From the NCBI GenBank assembly GCA_964016885.1, contig OZ024745.1, forward strand, positions 49,042,001-49,106,000: a stretch of DNA of 64,000 nt, read 5' to 3'. The position numbers and the translations under genes are program-made. Shown here piece by piece: positions 61,116-64,000 of this stretch. A model generated the notes under the pieces. It ran no database searches. It saw only the letters and a program-made list of their open reading frames with translations, and had not been told where the DNA came from. Position 1 is the stretch's first letter; every line of letters starts with the position of its first letter. Source of the DNA: Eledone cirrhosa. Its lineage: Eukaryota.

Positions 61116-63648
61116 TGTAAAGTTATGTTGGTGCCACAACATCCAGGCCGAAACAAATGAGACAGTGTAGGTGTCACGACAAAGAAACACACAGTCCACG
61201 CTGTAATGTGGCCGTGTAGGCAACACGGTAAAAACCTCCCAGCCCCACACTGTAAATGTGGTTGGTGTTAGGAAGGGCATCCAGCTGTAGAAAACCCGCC
61301 AGACAGTCCACGCTGTAATGTGGCCGTGTAGGCAACACGGTAAAAACCTCCCAGCCCCACACTGTAAATGTGGTTGGTGTTAGGAAGGGCATCCAGCTGT
61401 AGAAAACCCGCCAGACAGTCCACGCTGTAATGTGGCCGTGTAGGCAACACGGTAAAAACCTCCCAGCCCCACACTGTAAATGTGGTTGGTGTTAGGAAGG
61501 GCATCCAGCTGTAGAAAACCCGCCAGACAGTCCACGCTGTAATGTGGCCGTGTAGGCAACACGGTAAAAACCTCCCAGCCCCACACTGTAAATGTGGTTG
61601 GTGTTAGGAAGGGCATCCAGCTGTAGAAAACCCGCCAGACAGTCCACGCTGTAATGTGGCCGTGTAGGCAACACGGTAAAAACCTCCCAGCCCCACACTG
61701 TAAATGTGGTTGGTGTTAGGAAGGGCATCCAGCTGTAGAAAACCCGCCAGACAGTCCACGCTGTAATGTGGCCGTGTAGGCAACACGGTAAAAACCTCCC
61801 AGCCCCACACTGTAAATGTGGTTGGTGTTAGGAAGGGCATCCAGCTGTAGAAAACCCGCCAGACAGTCCACGCTGTAATGTGGCCGTGTAGGCAACACGG
61901 TAAAAACCTCCCAGCCCCACACTGTAAATGTCGTTGGTGTTAGGAAGGGCATCCAGCTGTAGAAAACCCGCCAGACAGTCCACGCTGTAATGTGGCCGTG
62001 TAGGCAACACGGTAAAAACCTCCCAGCCCCACACTGTAAATGTGGTTGGTGTTAGGAAGTGCATCCAGCTGTAGAAAACCCGCCAGACAGTCCACGCTGT
62101 AATGTGGCCGTGTAGGCAACACGGTAAAAACCTCCCAGCCCCACACTGTAAATGTCGTTGGTGTTAGGAAGGGCATCCAGCTGTAGAAAACCCGCCAGAC
62201 AGTCCACGCTGTAATGTGGCCGTGTAGGCAACACGGTAAAAACCTCCCAGCCCCACACTGTAAATGTGGTTGGTGTTAGGAAGTGCATCCAGCTGTAGAA
62301 AACCCGCCAGACAGTCCACGCTGTAATGTGGCCGTGTAGGCAACACGGTAAAAACCTCCCAGCCCCACACTGTAAATGTGGTTGGTGTTAGGAAGGGCAT
62401 CCAGCTGTAGAAAACCCGCCAGACAGTCCACGCTGTAATGTGGCCGTGTAGGCAACACGGTAAAAACCTCCCAGCCCCACACTGTAAATGTGGTTGGTGT
62501 TAGGAAGGGCATCCAGCTGTAGAAAACCCGCCAGACAGTCCACGCTGTAATGTGGCCGTGTAGGCAACACGGTAAAAACCTCCCAGCCCCACACTGTAAA
62601 TGTGGTTGGTGTTAGGAAGGGCATCCAGCTGTAGAAAACCCGCCAGACAGTCCACGCTGTAATGTGGCCGTGTAGGCAACACGGTAAAAACCTCCCAGCC
62701 CCACACTGTAAATGTGGTTGGTGTTAGGAAGGGCATCCAGCTGTAGAAAACCCGCCAGACAGTCCACGCTGTAATGTGGCCGTGTAGGCAACACGGTAAA
62801 AACCTCCCAGCCCCACACTGTAAATGTGGTTGGTGTTAGGAAGTGCATCCAGCTGTAGAAAACCCGCCAGACAGTCCACGCTGTAATGTGGCCGTGTAGG
62901 CAACACGGTAAAAACCTCCCAGCCCCACACTGTAAATGTGGTTGGTGTTAGGAAGGGCATCCAGCTGTAGAAAACCCGCCAGACAGTCCACGCTGTAATG
63001 TGGCCGTGTAGGCAACACGGTAAAAACCTCCCAGCCCCACACTGTAAATGTGGTTGGTGTTAGGAAGTGCATCCAGCTGTAGAAAACCCGCCAGACAGTC
63101 CACGCTGTAATGTGGCCGTGTAGGCAACCCGGTAAAAACCTCCCAGCCCCACACTGTAAATGTGGTTGGTGTTAGGAAGTGCATCCAGCTGTAGAAAACC
63201 CGCCAGACAGTCCACGCTGTAATGTGGCCGTGTAGGCAACCCGGTAAAAACCTCCCAGCCCCACACTGTAAATGTGGTTGGTGTTAGGAAGTGCATCCAG
63301 CTGTAGAAAACCCGCCAGACAGTCCACGCTGTAATGTGGCCGTGTAGGCAACCCGGTAAAAACCTCCCAGCCCCACACTGTAAATGTGGTTGGTGTTAGG
63401 AAGTGCATCCAGCTGTAGAAAACCCGCCAGACAGTCCACGCTGTAATGTGGCCGTGTAGGCAACCCGGTAAAAACCTCCCAGCCCCACACTGTAAATGTG
63501 GTTGGTGTTAGGAAGTGCATCCAGCTGTAGAAAACCCGCCAGACAGTCCTATGCGAGCAAGACAATCACTCTTGCCTCAAGTGGGACTACCCCCGTCCAA
63601 ACCCATGCAAGTGTGGAACACGGACGTTAAACGTTGATGATGATGATG
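61116..63648 (+). mobile_element. RTE 3'UTR insertion that hosts a tandem array and interrupts a family A SINE
   Basis: Same family as 33658-33960, with a (GAT)n tail. TTCAA flanks both sides (61111-61115, 63649-63653), and SINE halves continue on either side. Confidence 0.85.
61191..63542. repeat. Tandem array of 21 x 112 bp derived from the RTE 3'UTR
   Basis: ACAGTCC recurs every 112 bp from 61191 to 63543. Units differ at only about three sites. Confidence 0.97.
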
Positions 63649-64000
63649 TTCAAGGAATTTGATTCACAACCTCACAATTGCGAATCCAATTCTCTAACCA
63701 CTCAGTCATGTGCCTCACTGGTCAACCAAGCCAGCATGAACAGTAGATGCAGATGGTAGTGGCAGTAGTGATGGTGGTGAAAGAATACAAAATAAGGAGG
63801 TTGATACTCTTTTACCACAATCTGTAGACATGTTGGGGTACCATATCACTGTTGCTAATCTATTCTTCCCTTCTGGCTTATCATCATCATCATCATCATC
63901 TTCGCCATCACTTTACACCCCCCATTCCATTCATGTGCTACACTCTCCACTATCACTCCTAGGATCACTGCCTCATTCCTCTTAAATTCTAACACCCACA

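Noticed and set aside
61191-63542. CRISPR-like array, or a cluster of repeated 78 aa ORFs
   Set aside because: There are no unique spacers and no cas genes, and the context is eukaryotic. The ORFs are by-products of a 112 bp LINE-UTR tandem repeat.

Overview
AT-rich, intron-rich animal genomic DNA. The SINE/LINE content and (TA)n/(CAT)n microsatellites suggest a cephalopod such as Octopus (inference). There are two host genes, both on the + strand. The first is the last three coding exons of CEP290 (4326-6693). The second is 20 hand-spliced exons of a TRPA-family ion channel (18484-60740, about 17 ankyrin repeats plus S1-S5); its pore, S6 and C-terminus lie beyond the window. The rest is mostly transposon sequence: young RTE LINEs, two tRNA-derived SINE families, CRE-type and Chapaev-like fossils, a non-autonomous Helitron, MITEs and a 21 x 112 bp satellite made from an RTE 3'UTR. 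The most notable unannotated signal is RNA-level. An intact type I hammerhead ribozyme (27861-27941, minus strand) sits inside a ~686 bp terminally redundant non-coding unit between (TA)n tracts. Four palindromes each carry the 3' half of a hammerhead, and there is a GIY-YIG endonuclease remnant. Together these point to several Penelope-like or retrozyme-like families. All coordinates were read by eye and no database searches were run.
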